Positions 14,201-26,113 of a stretch of 64,000 nt of DNA are shown in pieces; the stretch's first letter is position 1; each line of letters begins with the position of its first letter. The stretch covers positions 9,734,001 through 9,798,000 of the forward strand of contig OZ176053.1 in NCBI GenBank assembly GCA_964247055.1. The letters run 5' to 3'. Under the pieces are notes generated by a model. The model had not been told where the DNA came from. It ran no database searches and saw nothing but the letters and a program-made list of their open reading frames with translations. This DNA comes from Paragordius varius. Taxonomy: Eukaryota > Animalia > Nematomorpha. A program made the position numbers and the translations under genes.

Positions 14201-17200
14201 GCGCTAAGAAATGAACAAGCGCCAATACCTAAATCAAGTACCGCGACAACTTTTACATTTGGACCAGCGGCAAGACATTCTTTCCAAGGTTCTCTCTACA
14301 CAAAGGGTAGAAGTAATTATTCTGAACAATGTAATGGTATAACAAAAACCAATCAAATATTGACCCCTCATTCTAATATTAGTCATAATGGGAAAACATC
14401 TCAACAAGACGTAAATGTTTTGGAAAAAAATGTTAGGGTGTGTAATGCATATATGTGTGGATATGGAATTCCAATTGTTTTGTGTTGCATTGCACTCATA
14501 CTAAACTCCAACAATTACGGGGTGATTGGTCAAAAATAGTAATTATATTTTTAGCCTTTTTCTATTTTCAACTTTAAATTTGTATAATATGCATATTTAC
14601 AGTAAAAATTGAAATTATACGGAAACCTAAAAATATAAAGACAAATGTTATTTTCCAAAAGACAACCATACTTTTCAAAGCTTTATTTTTAGAAAAAAAC
14701 TCATTGTTTTAAATTTCAAGGTATAAAATTTATATGTTTATTGGTTACACAATCAGTTATATATTTTACTATTGTAAATATATAATTTACATGAGAAAAT
14801 TTAGGTTTATAAAAGTATGGTTGTCTTTTAGAAAAAAAGTATTTGTCTTTATATGTTTACTTTTTGTCCGTATGATTTCAGTTTTTACTGTAATATATAG
14901 CTGTTTCCTGGTATGGGATATAAGTCTCTGGGCCTTTTACCTCCCTTCAAGTCTACTCCTCATTTTGAATGCCTTGTATTTCATAATGATTGTATGTTAC
15001 ACGACCATTGACACGAATATGTACCGTAAAAAGTTACGATTGTACCATACGACGGGAAATGCGTCACAAAAAGCAGTAATTAAACTCAATGGTAATTTAC
15101 ATCAATCCCATACTATGTGTCCATTACTAAATCACAGTCATAATATGTCAGAAGATACGTCGAATTTCATACAAAGGTACGATGACGTGGATGAAAATTA
15201 TTCCAATAACGATTATAAAAACTTTTCACCCCATGTTCGTTTATCATCACCGCCACCACACTGTGTAACATCAGTAATGTGTAAAAGACTTCATGCAAGG
15301 AATAATTTAGGAATGCCAATTGGAAATTGTAATATTGTGCATCATCCGTTAGATTATTGTAATAAACAGCAAAAACATTTATCGAACAAAATGTATTGCG
15401 GTAATCATATATATCCATATAATAACCCAGAAATCTTTTGTGCATCATGTCAAAAGTGTCTACACCATAAACAACCAAACTATGGGGAAAGACAATTAGC
15501 ACGACGCTATAAAACTTACCTTTTCACCAGGACTGCGAAATTGAATTACGCTAACAACATTGTAAATACCACAAATAATTTTAATGGTATAGGGAAAATA
15601 TTTATTCCTAAACCATTGTACAATCATATAAGGCATGGATTTAAACAGTATTGGATTGAACGAAACATGAGGACACAACGTTGGGTTGAAAAGATTGCAG
15701 CTGGTACGAGGTATAACGTTCATTATTCAAAGGGATCCACCAAAGGACATGTTCATAAAAGGTTTGGGGTTAATAACAAAATTTACGGGACCAATTATAA
15801 TAACAGCAATAAAATACACCATAAAAAATATGAATATAATCCATATTTACGACAACATCGAACATCAAATTATTTGAAGCGGCCTGTGTTTGTGGGTAGA
15901 GACCAGGTTACAGATGACGTGGCAAATTCCAGTGTTAAAGCCACCATAAGTAGTCGTGATGATGTAATTTATCAAAAATGTCATTTTGTCAACAATCATC
16001 AAGAAGCTGAAACAGTTAACCCCGAAAAAGGCCATATAAACGGCGGCGTGATTTACAGTAAATTTAATTATTCAAAAGATGAGCCATCATTCATACCAAT
16101 CTCTAGTCATGCACATTGTAAATCAAATGCCTCTAGTCATATCAATATAAATAAAATATCTGGTTTTATACTTAGGCTTGATCAACATAAATCTACCCGT
16201 AACTTAGTTAAATTTCATTTGTTTGTTCTAGTCACAGTTATTATTTTATGGTGGTTAGCAATTAGCTCTATTCCATCTTACAATTCTACAGCCACCAATA
16301 AAAAGTTTTATGATGAGTCATCGGATTCTCGAAATGTTAATCCTTACAATAACTTTTGGGAATTTGATAATGCAAATAGAGTTGATAGCAAACGTCCAAA
16401 TTTATACCAAGACCATGAGCATTTAGTATCACAATGGCTGTTAAAACAGAAGCAAGGGAACAAAGTGCAAGAAGCTATAAATTTTATAAGATATTATTTA
16501 TACAACTCCCCAAACACAAACAATTTACTTTCATCACCCACAAAATATATTACATCAAATTGGAATGGTTATAATCGCAAACCAATGATGATGAATGCCG
16601 AAACACAAGCTCTCAATGCCGTCTCCACGAGAGAAAATGCATATGCTCTTTGTTTCACAGCATTGTCTATTGTCATAAGTTTATCTCTCCTGTTTTATCA
16701 TTTGGTATCAAGGCCTGACATAATTGCTAGTTTTAAGCAGTATTTCACCCCTAACGAACAACAAATTTTAATAATTAAAGATGAAACAGATCCATGTCTA
16801 AACTATCAATATGTTAAAATTTCTGAAAACCATTTTCCACATCCTGACCAAAACTGCAGCTCGAACCACCGAAACCGAGTAATATCTAAAAATGGCACAT
16901 TAAAATCTCAAAAATCTGAAAGAAATAGTATTATGGACGAATCCCAATTGTATGCCGATGTTAAACTTATTTATGAATCAAATTCCGGCAGACGTAGTGA
17001 GAAAAATCATTATAGAATTCCTAACAAATCAGTTCATACAAAACTAATGCAATCCTTAAATTCAGTTTCTCAAGCTATAATAAAAAACGGTACAGTTTCC
17101 CATCAAAACTCCTCTTTGCATCGCAATAATGCTAATAAGGCAGTTTCTATTAATATACCCTTAATTGAAATTAAAGATAGAGACCTTAAAAATAATAATG

Positions 17201-17250
17201 CCACAGGTAATATAGATTGGATTTACCCAGAAAACCGTGTTTCAAATTAA
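3405..17250 (+). CDS. ADGRA: Adhesion GPCR of the ADGRA (GPR124/GPR125) family: LRR-LRRCT-Ig-HRM-GAIN/GPS-7TM; >=2204 aa, 5' exon(s) not found
   Basis: Phase-consistent GT-AG exons: 3405-3476, 4902-4973, 6041-6204, 6278-7392, 7736-7927, 8134-8228, 8648-8889, 9587-9804, 10218-10695, 11050-11154, 11264-11364, 11505-11743, 11829-12248, 13786-14538, 14901-17250 (6616 nt). Two 72-nt LRR exons (ILKNNQITWISERAFEGLYNLNKL; DLSRNQLYAINSKMFLGLPKLQRL). LRRCT VCDCKLRW...ELKCDWP. HRM KGSFVWP...RQCLINGTW...CSYASPITREL. GPS WSDQAC...CTLSC. TM motifs CQIVGILSHF, GYGIPIVLC, YCFLVWDISLWAFY and YHLVSRPDI match the ADGRA2/3 pattern. Confidence 0.9.
3992..4107. mobile_element. Small Tc1/mariner-type MITE (TIR CAGTAGCGTATGG, TA TSD)
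   Basis: TA|CAGTAGCGTATGG ... CCATACGTTACTG|TA. Sibling copies at 4307-4394, 5442 (one end only) and 61420-61586. Lies in an ADGRA intron. Confidence 0.75.
4307..4394. mobile_element. Small MITE, CAGTAGCGTATGG family
   Basis: TA|CAGTAGCATATGG ... TCATACGCTAAGG|TA; degenerate TIRs. Confidence 0.6.
9167..9463. mobile_element. hAT-like MITE with a G17 tract (ADGRA intron)
   Basis: Termini CAGTGGCTCCCAA ... TTGGGAACCACTA resemble hAT TIRs (CAGTGGTTCCCAA). Internal GGGGGCGCG-type motifs. The 8-bp flanks match only partly (AGTAATAG / ATCTATAG). Confidence 0.55.
12466..13568 (-). mobile_element. Decayed Mos1-like mariner transposon in ADGRA intron 12249-13785
   Basis: TIRs GGTGTAATCATAAGTTTTTACCGGTT / AACCGGTAATAACTTATGACTACACC. 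Minus-strand frameshifted peptides LKPGEPVNTQRYHQQ, SDYCLFAS, KDVGKWLDEWFSAK and PERWANCVEAD match the Mos1 catalytic domain; many stops. Confidence 0.88.
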
Positions 17251-18145
17251 ATGAAATTATTTAATGATTTTGTTCAACGCCAAAATTGTGCAATAAATAT
17301 ATTCTGTAAAATGATTAAACAATAATGGTGCGTTATTTTGAATATTGAACTACACCTATTTTTACCCACATATTTGATACTGGCTTTATTGTATGTGAAG
17401 AAATTGTACAAATTTACATTTATACATATACCTATAAATAGAATTTAATACAGGGTTTTTTTTAAATTTCATTATATTGTTCTCCATTATTACAGGTAAT
17501 TATTACGGTTTTTTTTCGAATCAAAACATATCTGATTTTATATAAATAATAAATTATAAATAGTTAGTCCCTAACAACTTATTTTATTGCTTTGAGTTAC
17601 ATTTATATGTTAACGTTGGGAAAACCCCTTTATGGTTTTATACCATAATAATAAAATAAAAAATAAGAAATTTATTTCTAGTTCGAGGTATTATTTTGAT
17701 GGGTGCCATGTTTGCGTTTTCTTCTTGCATTGATATTGCGATTCAAAGAAATCAGTGATTGTCCCCCGTGATTCATAGCCACTAAAAGGCATTATGTAAT
17801 TAATTAGCATAAACAATTCATAAACTTTAGTGGTACAATAAATTAAACCATATAAGACAGTTATCATTTTGAAAACATGGATTTTTGAATGTGTAATATG
17901 TTTTACAATATTTTTTCTATGTTACAATTATAAATAAAAACGAAAATACTTACCATTAAAATTTTATTAAATCAAATATTTGACTGTTAAAATAGCTTAT
18001 GCGTTAGAGTTCCCAATTTTCCCTGTGCCCCTTATCAATGATCGTTATGTTTTTTAGCATACAAAATTCCCCGCTTTATATTTTTCCACACTCTTCAGGA
18101 TGGGTACTGACTTACCTTTTAACTTTATTTTTATTAAACGAATTG

Positions 18146-19432
18146 TTAAATAAGGTCAAAATTAGGGTTACTAAATATATTGGTCGAAAATTGATCTCTG
18201 TAAGAACAACTTTTCGGTTGGTCCATTGATAAATAAATTATATTTCCATTTGGTTGTTCCTATGTATAGCAACACACACGTAGGTTTTTAGATTTTAAAG
18301 CAGGAGTGTTGATAATTTTTGGTTTTTATTTATGTTGAGTCCAGATAGATCTTCTAAACAATTGTAAATTTTTGAAAATCCAATTTTTTGTTTTTTTAAA
18401 CATTTTAGGAACAATTTTGTGTACCGAAAAAAGGGTGTTGGACATCCCTGTTTTGAGGGATAATGAATATTATATAAGCATTGTGAAAAAATGTTTTGAA
18501 GAGCGTAGAAATGCGAATGTCTATTCAATAAATTTACTCAAATAAATTTTTGAGGTCATGCGTATTTAATTAATAACAAAGTGTGACAAAAACCAAGGAA
18601 AGCTTTATCTTGTTTTAGAATACAAATAAAAGCAATCTTTTCATAACTACTAATCCATCACTTTCGTTAAAATAATATTATTCTATTAAGGTTTTATTAG
18701 TTTGAAAATCGATGGTGATTTCTAGATTTGAGTTATTATTAAAATCTTTTTTAGAACCTTGTGCCCAATAAACAGAAATGACCCCTTATTAATATCAAAT
18801 TAAAGTGTATGGATGCGTTGATTTTTTTAAAATTAGTAAAATGCTCATTTTTATAAAATCAGTATGTTAGGGTGCACAAAAATTTTAAATTGTTCTGCCA
18901 TACAATATTTTAAGACTAAACTTAACCTCTTTTTTGGGACAACGGCTCAGGCTCATTTCCAGAGAATACAATACATAATCTATGTTAAGTCGATTTTCAG
19001 CGGCTGTTGCATTTTAGCTTTCACTAGTTATTACATCATTATAATTTAGTAATCTTTTTTTTATCAATTTACAAATTCGCCATATATGAAGTGTAAACAA
19101 TGTCAGAGTCAAATGTAAAAATTTATTTGACATCAATTCCTATTTCACTATTCGTTTAACATTGTAGTAAGGGACAATAAAAGAGTATACCCTACTCGGG
19201 GTCTTTTTGGTTTTTCTATTTTACCTTATTTATTTTGTAACATGTGGTAATATTTTGCGAGGGGTTAAGACCTTTAACTCATCCACTGATAAATATTTTT
19301 TAGTAGCATTCTTGTATTAACAGAATTTATTAATTAAGATATTTCGAATATACCTGTGTTACTTTGCCCCCAGTTATGATGCAATATTGAAAATAATTGA
19401 ATGATTAGAAAACAAAGGTTGATAAAAATCAT
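18146..19432 (-). CDS. Possible small secreted protein (89 aa, 3 exons), no recognisable family
   Basis: Phase-consistent GT-AG exons 19432-19354, 19003-18927 and 18259-18146 give MIFINLCFLIIQLFSILHHNWGQSNTAAENRLNIDYVLYSLEMSLSRCPKKEEQPNGN...NPNFDLI*, with a hydrophobic N-terminus. No homology recognised. Confidence 0.25.
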
Positions 19433-19767
19433 AAATGCTGAATGAGGTAGGCTGGAATAAGTAATTTGTTTAAAAGCGCAAGTTGTTATGATTTGGAAAC
19501 AAAAAATGAACTCTTTCTACTTATCATTTTTCTATCGATATAGTTTTAAAATTAAGCACGTATATCTATAAATATATAGTGGCGATTTATTATTATATTT
19601 CAATTATAAAAATATATCGTATAAAAATAAATCTGATTAGATATATATTTGTGTTCTAAATTATTTTTATGCACAAATAAATAAATATTTTATCCAAAAC
19701 CGTTATGAAAGTCGATAAAATTGCATAGTTTGGTAATGTATGAAACAATACTATAATAGTATAAAAA

Positions 19768-22700
19768 TTATGCAAAAATATATTCCATAAGTGTGGTGGG
19801 AAGGTGAAATTGATGGACATGTTTGAAATAGAATATGTTTTGAGCATTTTTTCGGATAATGTATCGACACAAACTTTTGAGCGAAAGTGTTGGATCTAGA
19901 CAAAAAAATTATTAGTATAATGATTCATCAACTAATCCAACCAATAGTTTGATAAATCCCTATTTTGGGTAAAATTATTGAACCAACAAAAAATGCAAAA
20001 TATTCTTGTTTGTTCAAACTCGTTTAAATTTTTCGTTAATATATTTTATGATATAATATAATATGCATCCTTAAAACTTGACACCTAAGGAAATATACTA
20101 AATATCGTTTTACACTATATAATAAGGAAAAACCATTAACCACAATGCGTAAATTGCAAAGGACCTACCAGCGATTCTATATAGCCTACTAAAAGATTAG
20201 CTTAACTCGCGGCAAGTTGTTAAATAACAAACCAAATTTCTTCAAACCCAAATTTATACGAAAGGGCAAATAGCATTAGAACAAAATTATAAATGGGTTT
20301 ATGAAAAAAGATTGGGAACTAGTGGTTAAGGATAATGTGAAAAAGTATGTATAAAAATAGGTAGTTTGGTAACAATCATAAAAAAATATAATTGATATAT
20401 TTTAAAAGCAGTATTTAGCGAGATGCAAGATTAATTTACCACAGTGTACACAAAAAATATCATGATGAAAATATATTCCGATAGAAAAATGTATCATAAA
20501 TCCTATGCTTTTGATTTTGGGGCTTACGAGGAATCAAGAAAGTTCTTTACACTTTATGATAAGTGCTCCATACCAGAAAATGGCGAAGTTTGAAAACATT
20601 TTATGTAATAAAATTTAAATTAATGCTTAATTTCAAAATATCACTAACATATATCATAAACCACTTATAAAAACCAATATTCCCAAAAAAATTCCGAAAG
20701 TCCCAAATTTTTTTGCTTTTCTAAAACGGGCTAGTTCTTTTAAAATAAACGCGAAAACGCCGGGATAGTGCGACAAAATTTTTAGTATATGCTAAATTTT
20801 GACACTAAAAAATATTATTTAAAAATGCATACTTTTTACAAAAATTTAATTTTTTGCAAAATTTTGTTGATGCATATTCATTTTTTTAGGCATATTGAAA
20901 ACGATATATTAGGTTTTATAAAAACACTTTTTCTATAAAATTTGATGATGCTGAAATTTCTAACACCTCAAAATTTTGATTAAAATATCCGTTTATCCAT
21001 AAGTCAAATTTAAATTGTGTATATAAAAATTCACTAAATTTAGTAAAAGAACCTTCCTATTATTTTGAGGTGAAAGAAGTGATTAGCATAATCAAATATA
21101 TAGAAAAAGTCTTTTTATATCTAAAAGCGTTTTTATATCGTTTACCGGCCTAAAAATAGTAGGAAGTATTCAACAAAATTTTTCGAAAAATTAAATATTA
21201 CTAAAAGTATAAATTTTTTAAAAATATTTTTTTGGAAACAAAATTTAGCATATATTTAAAATTTTTATCGGACAATCCCGGCATTTTTGCGTTTATTTTA
21301 AAAGAACTAGCCCGTTTTAAAAGAGAAAAAAATATGGGACTTTAGCCCACATTTTTTGAAAATATTGTTTTGCTTTTTATAAGTAGTTATTGTATATTTT
21401 AGTGATGAAGCATTTAGCAGCTTTTATCAAAAAAAATATTACAAAAAATGTACTCAAATTTCGCCATTTTCTCATATGGAGCAACCACAAAAGTGTTAAT
21501 ATTACTTATATCACTCGTAAGGGCCAAATCCAAAAGCACCATGATAAACCTGATACATTTTTATATCAAAATATATTTATTTTATCAAGATATTTATTCA
21601 TGAAGCCCGATTTTTACACTGTGTGTAATGTGATAATTATTCCGCTTCAAAACATTTTTTCCTCTATTAAAACAATGCTTTATTTTTTTTATTATATGGT
21701 GTCTTAAAATCAACCAATAATTTTATAATTTAAAAAAGAGTGTATACCTTCAAAGCCATTTACATATTCCAATCCTATTTCACAATGACCCCACACCGCA
21801 CTTGCTATGGGATATAGTGTATTTTGTTGTTCGGTTATTTTTTGGTCATAAACTTCACTATTTGCTTGATCTTTGGTTTTAAAACTTTTTAATTTTGATG
21901 ATCTGAATGCATGTCCCCAATACTGCCCAGAAAAATAAAAACCTAATGTACCATTAAACATGTCAAGCACCATGTAAAAAGAATCAGGAATTTCTTTTCG
22001 CCCATGAATAGGCATGGATTTCTTTTCTGAGATCAATAATTCTTCACCCGTTTTCATAGGGAAATAGTCTAATGCGGGATTGATATATTTTGAAAAAATC
22101 ACATTATGATATTCATTTGATGAGGATGATAGAGAGGTATGCGTTAAATAAATGTAAAATTTTCTCTTTTCAATTTTTTGGGGCAATGAAACATTGGTAG
22201 AAACGTTTGTTCTTTCAGGGTGTTCATGAGAAGTTTGATTAGTTCTTTCTCGAGAGAACGCTTCGAGCCCATCTCTGCACTCTATAGTACAATTATGACT
22301 ACTATCACATCCTGTATCATGATTGAGTTCAAGCGTATTTATATCAAGGCCCCAAGAATTCGAATCACTTCCTACCAATGGTTGATATCCGCGAACCTTA
22401 TAGGGAAAATATGATGGTTTTTGCTCAGATTTGGGGACATTAGGTATTTCCTCCGGTTCACTTTCTATGGCGTGTGAAAGGACCCAGTTTAATCCATTCG
22501 TCACTCCAATGATAGGATGAGTGCCACGATGGTTTTTGGGCCATGTAATTTTCCATATATGAAGACCCCTAGTTACTCCGTGAGCCCCTCTAATGGCATC
22601 AGTCGTGAGGGCTATTGGTTTTCGTTTTGCGATACTCTCACAATTTTTCATTATTTCACTATGTGATGACTGACTGCAATCATGTATTAAATAAAAATTG

Positions 22701-24079
22701 TCAGATTTTACTGTATCACTCCATTTACCCAAACTTTGGTAGGAGTTAGAGCAATTTTTGAGCCTCAGATATTGTAAATCGATTAAATAATTGAAATACT
22801 TTGGTTCCTCAGAAAATGTTGGAGACATAGAGTTTTCATGGCGGATATCGTAGTTTTCGTGTGGATAATGGTAATCTTTGGTGTAAAATACATCTGGCGG
22901 AATTGATACATTATCATTATGCAAGGAATTATTATTGTAGGAAAGATATTGGCCCACATCATAATTATGTGTTAGTGGTAAAAACTTTTTATTCAATAAT
23001 TTGGTTTGCCCATTCTCATAACGATAAAAAGTCGCGGAAGATAAATTATTCATGTATCGACACAATAGTGCTTCGTAGTGGAATATGTTAAAGTAATGAC
23101 ATGCATTCGGTAAGTTATTGTATAAATATTGGTGATATTGATACTTTAAGGGAGAATCGATGATTTGAGAAGCGAATTTCTCGCGTTTTTGGTCTAAATT
23201 TTTGGAATTTGATGTCGAGCACGATTCCGTAAAATTTGGGGCTAATTTGCCATTATTCCCTTTTTGTTTGTGTTGCCTTTGTTGTTGTCGGTTAGAAGTA
23301 AAATATTTGGTAAATAATATTTTTTTGTCGTTTGCAAGAAGCGAAACATTAGCAGAGAAATGTGATTGATTTTTACAAAATGTCCTTGCTTTTAATTGAT
23401 TAAAATAACTTAAATTATTTAAATTACAATTACAAATGTTAATGTTATGATTAGTATAACACTGTTTATTATTATTTTCGTTTTCATTAGTTTTTGTTAT
23501 GTGTCCAATGACAATGGCATGGTCACCATTTCTATCCATTGTCGTGTTGTTTGAATTAACAAAAGTGTTTAGTAATACCTTTCTTTTATTGCTAATTAAT
23601 ATATTACCACTTCTTGTATGATTTGCATTGCTTTTAGCAAACGAGAAAATATTTTTTGCATTTGTGTTGTGTGAATGTTGTAGCGATTGCTTTAATTTTT
23701 TCCCCATGTGCTGTGAAGAAATGTGATAGTGATGATGAGGAGGGTCGTTCTGTTTTCTACCCATTTTCTTCCGTGTTTGACATATACATTTTATGAGATT
23801 GTCTGCGCCACCTTTCCTCCAATATTTTTTGTGTTTGCGACACCCACAACAACAATTTAAAGACTCAGATATTTGTGACTTATTTTTATTGCACTTTATG
23901 CAAACCTGTGTCAGTTTGTTATCCCAAGTATTTGTATCAGGTTTTACAATATTTCCATGGGTGTTTTGAACAAGATCTTCTGATGATTTCGATGTGATTT
24001 TCACCATTTTATTCGGATCATTATTGTTTGATAACAGGAAAGATTTAACGACACCCAGTGCAAAGTTTGGTAATATCAT
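19768..24079 (-). CDS. SPSB: SPRY-domain SOCS-box protein (SPSB/Gustavus family), ~819 aa with a long Asn-rich N-terminus
   Basis: Exon 24079-21748 carries SPRY motifs (TTDAIRGAHGVTRGLHIWKITWPKNHRGTHPIIGV; LVGSDSNSWGLD; YMVLDMFNGTLGF; LYPIASAVWGHCEIGLEYVNG|GTATAC). Exon 19895-19768, absent from the ORF track, encodes the SOCS box DPTLSLKSLCRYIIRK...HLPTTLMEYIFA*. The true start codon is uncertain. Confidence 0.9.
20440..21623. mobile_element. Foldback non-autonomous element with CACAGTG termini (Transib/Chapaev-like, family F) in the SPSB intron
   Basis: CACAGTG at 20440-20446 and CACTGTG at 21617-21623. Inverted arms several hundred bp long (AAAACGGGCTAGTTCTTTTAAAATAAACGC vs GCGTTTATTTTAAAAGAACTAGCCCGTTTT). 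Related copies at ~52730-55130 and ~61824-62982. Confidence 0.75.
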
Positions 24080-26113
24080 AATGAAAAATTTCTTGATGGT
24101 TATACTGATATTCTTAGAATAAAAGAGAAATTTTCCAATTTCTTAGAGAGCACAGTTCTATAAAAAATGGTTAATTCACATATAAACTCAATTAAATATG
24201 TTTACAAATGAATTAAATATAATTGATGCATTAAATAAAATATTAAGAATCAAAAAAAATCACAACCGGTTCCAACTTGATACGATTTAATGTGAAAAAT
24301 GTTAATTTAACTATGTCATTTGTTTCGCACATATTTACTTATGCAATAATTATTAAAATAAATTGACCCCCTAAGGTAGATATAAGTAAATAGTTGCGAT
24401 AAAAATTTTGATCAATATTTTTTTAATAATAATATTATAATATTACCTGTTAAAATATTTTTTTGAAGAATGGAATATTTGTTGCAATAAAATTTGATTT
24501 TAACTCACGAGATTTATGTTATTAACCATCAAATTACAGATATATGTTTGTATAATGTTTGATAAAATGTTGATAAGGTTAAATTTCCCGGGTAAAACCA
24601 AGTTATATTTTATGAACGGAAAGTAACAAACAAACGTGCGTGAACATTTTTTGACATTTTATATACTTAAATTTTTTGGCAAAAGTGGCCAAATATTTAA
24701 CAAGAGTCCACTAAAATTACGTAAATATTCAGATAAATATTTTGGAATAGCAGTCCTTTTTGCAGTTTATTATCTGTCTCTCTCCCTCTCTATAAAGAAT
24801 TATCAATTTAAACAATTTTGCTTTACAAATAGTTTATAGTAGTATTTTTACATATGCGTCTGTACTATAGTTGTTATGTTAAGTTATGTTTACATTTTAA
24901 CAGTTAACTTAAGTAAAAAGTTTTATCTAAAGAAGAAAACAAATTTAAAACAGAGCGCATGTATTTAAGGCCAAAATATTGCTTTCGTCATTACTGTCCA
25001 ATACTTAATTTTAGTGCATGCGTGACATTTTCCCTCGTGTATTAGCTTGTAGAAAATATGCGAAATTTATAAAATAAAAAAGTTTTGGTTTATTGGAAAA
25101 AATGGTAATTTTATTATCATATATCATCATGTATGACGCAAATACCTGTAATGTGCACATCAAATATTTATAATTATATCAAAATTTGTGATTTTATCAT
25201 TTAAAAATATGCTAATATCATGTGATAAGATAATTGCTAAAATATACTGTGCCAAATCAATAAAAAAATTTACCATGTTTAAAATCCGAAATATTAAAAA
25301 ATTATGAAATACAGAAATTAACCTTTAGAATACAAGAATGTGTGGATAATTTTTCAGGGTTACCGATAATTTTTGCAACAAATATGCCTGATAATGATAA
25401 ATTTTTTTGACTTATAACCAAAATCTATATATTTATAAAATCAAATATTATATTTAAGTCATTTCATATTTTTAATCTAAAGAAATTAATCTTTCCACCC
25501 ATTTTAAAAAGGAGTAATAGCGTTTTTAACTTTTTTTATTTATCATGATATATACAAATGTTTACTTTTTATTATAAATTATTATTGTAAAATATAGAAA
25601 AATGTCATCATTCAACTTTTTATAAAAATATGCATTTAACTCTTAAAATATATTAATATATTTTCAAGATCAACATTTGATATATAAAAAAAGGTGTTAC
25701 AATCGCATGAATAAATTAAATGGGTTGATGTGATGCAATTTTAACTATCATTATTAAGCCCATAATTTTTATAACAATTTTTATTATTTAAAGAGGGTGG
25801 TTAAATTATATATTTATAGAAGATATAATTAAATTATGATATTAAATAAAATATTTTAAAATTAATTTTTATTGTTTAAAATATGATTAACATTAATAGT
25901 GTAAATGTTGTTGATCATAGATTCAAAAAAATTGAACATAGCCATATCAATGTTTGTAATGTCAATAATGGGAAAAAACTGCGAGTGCAGTAGTCTAAAA
26001 TTTTATACTAAAGCTCATAATATTAAAATATCGGATATGACCGTTCCTCACATTCAAATACTATAACTGATCATAAAGGTTTTGAATATTGTTTATATGG
26101 CTAAAAAATAAAG

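Noticed and set aside
14734-14900. Hydrophobic start of the 838-aa ORF as a separate membrane protein
   Set aside because: This part is intronic; the exon starts at 14901 and continues ADGRA (KY|CFLVW).
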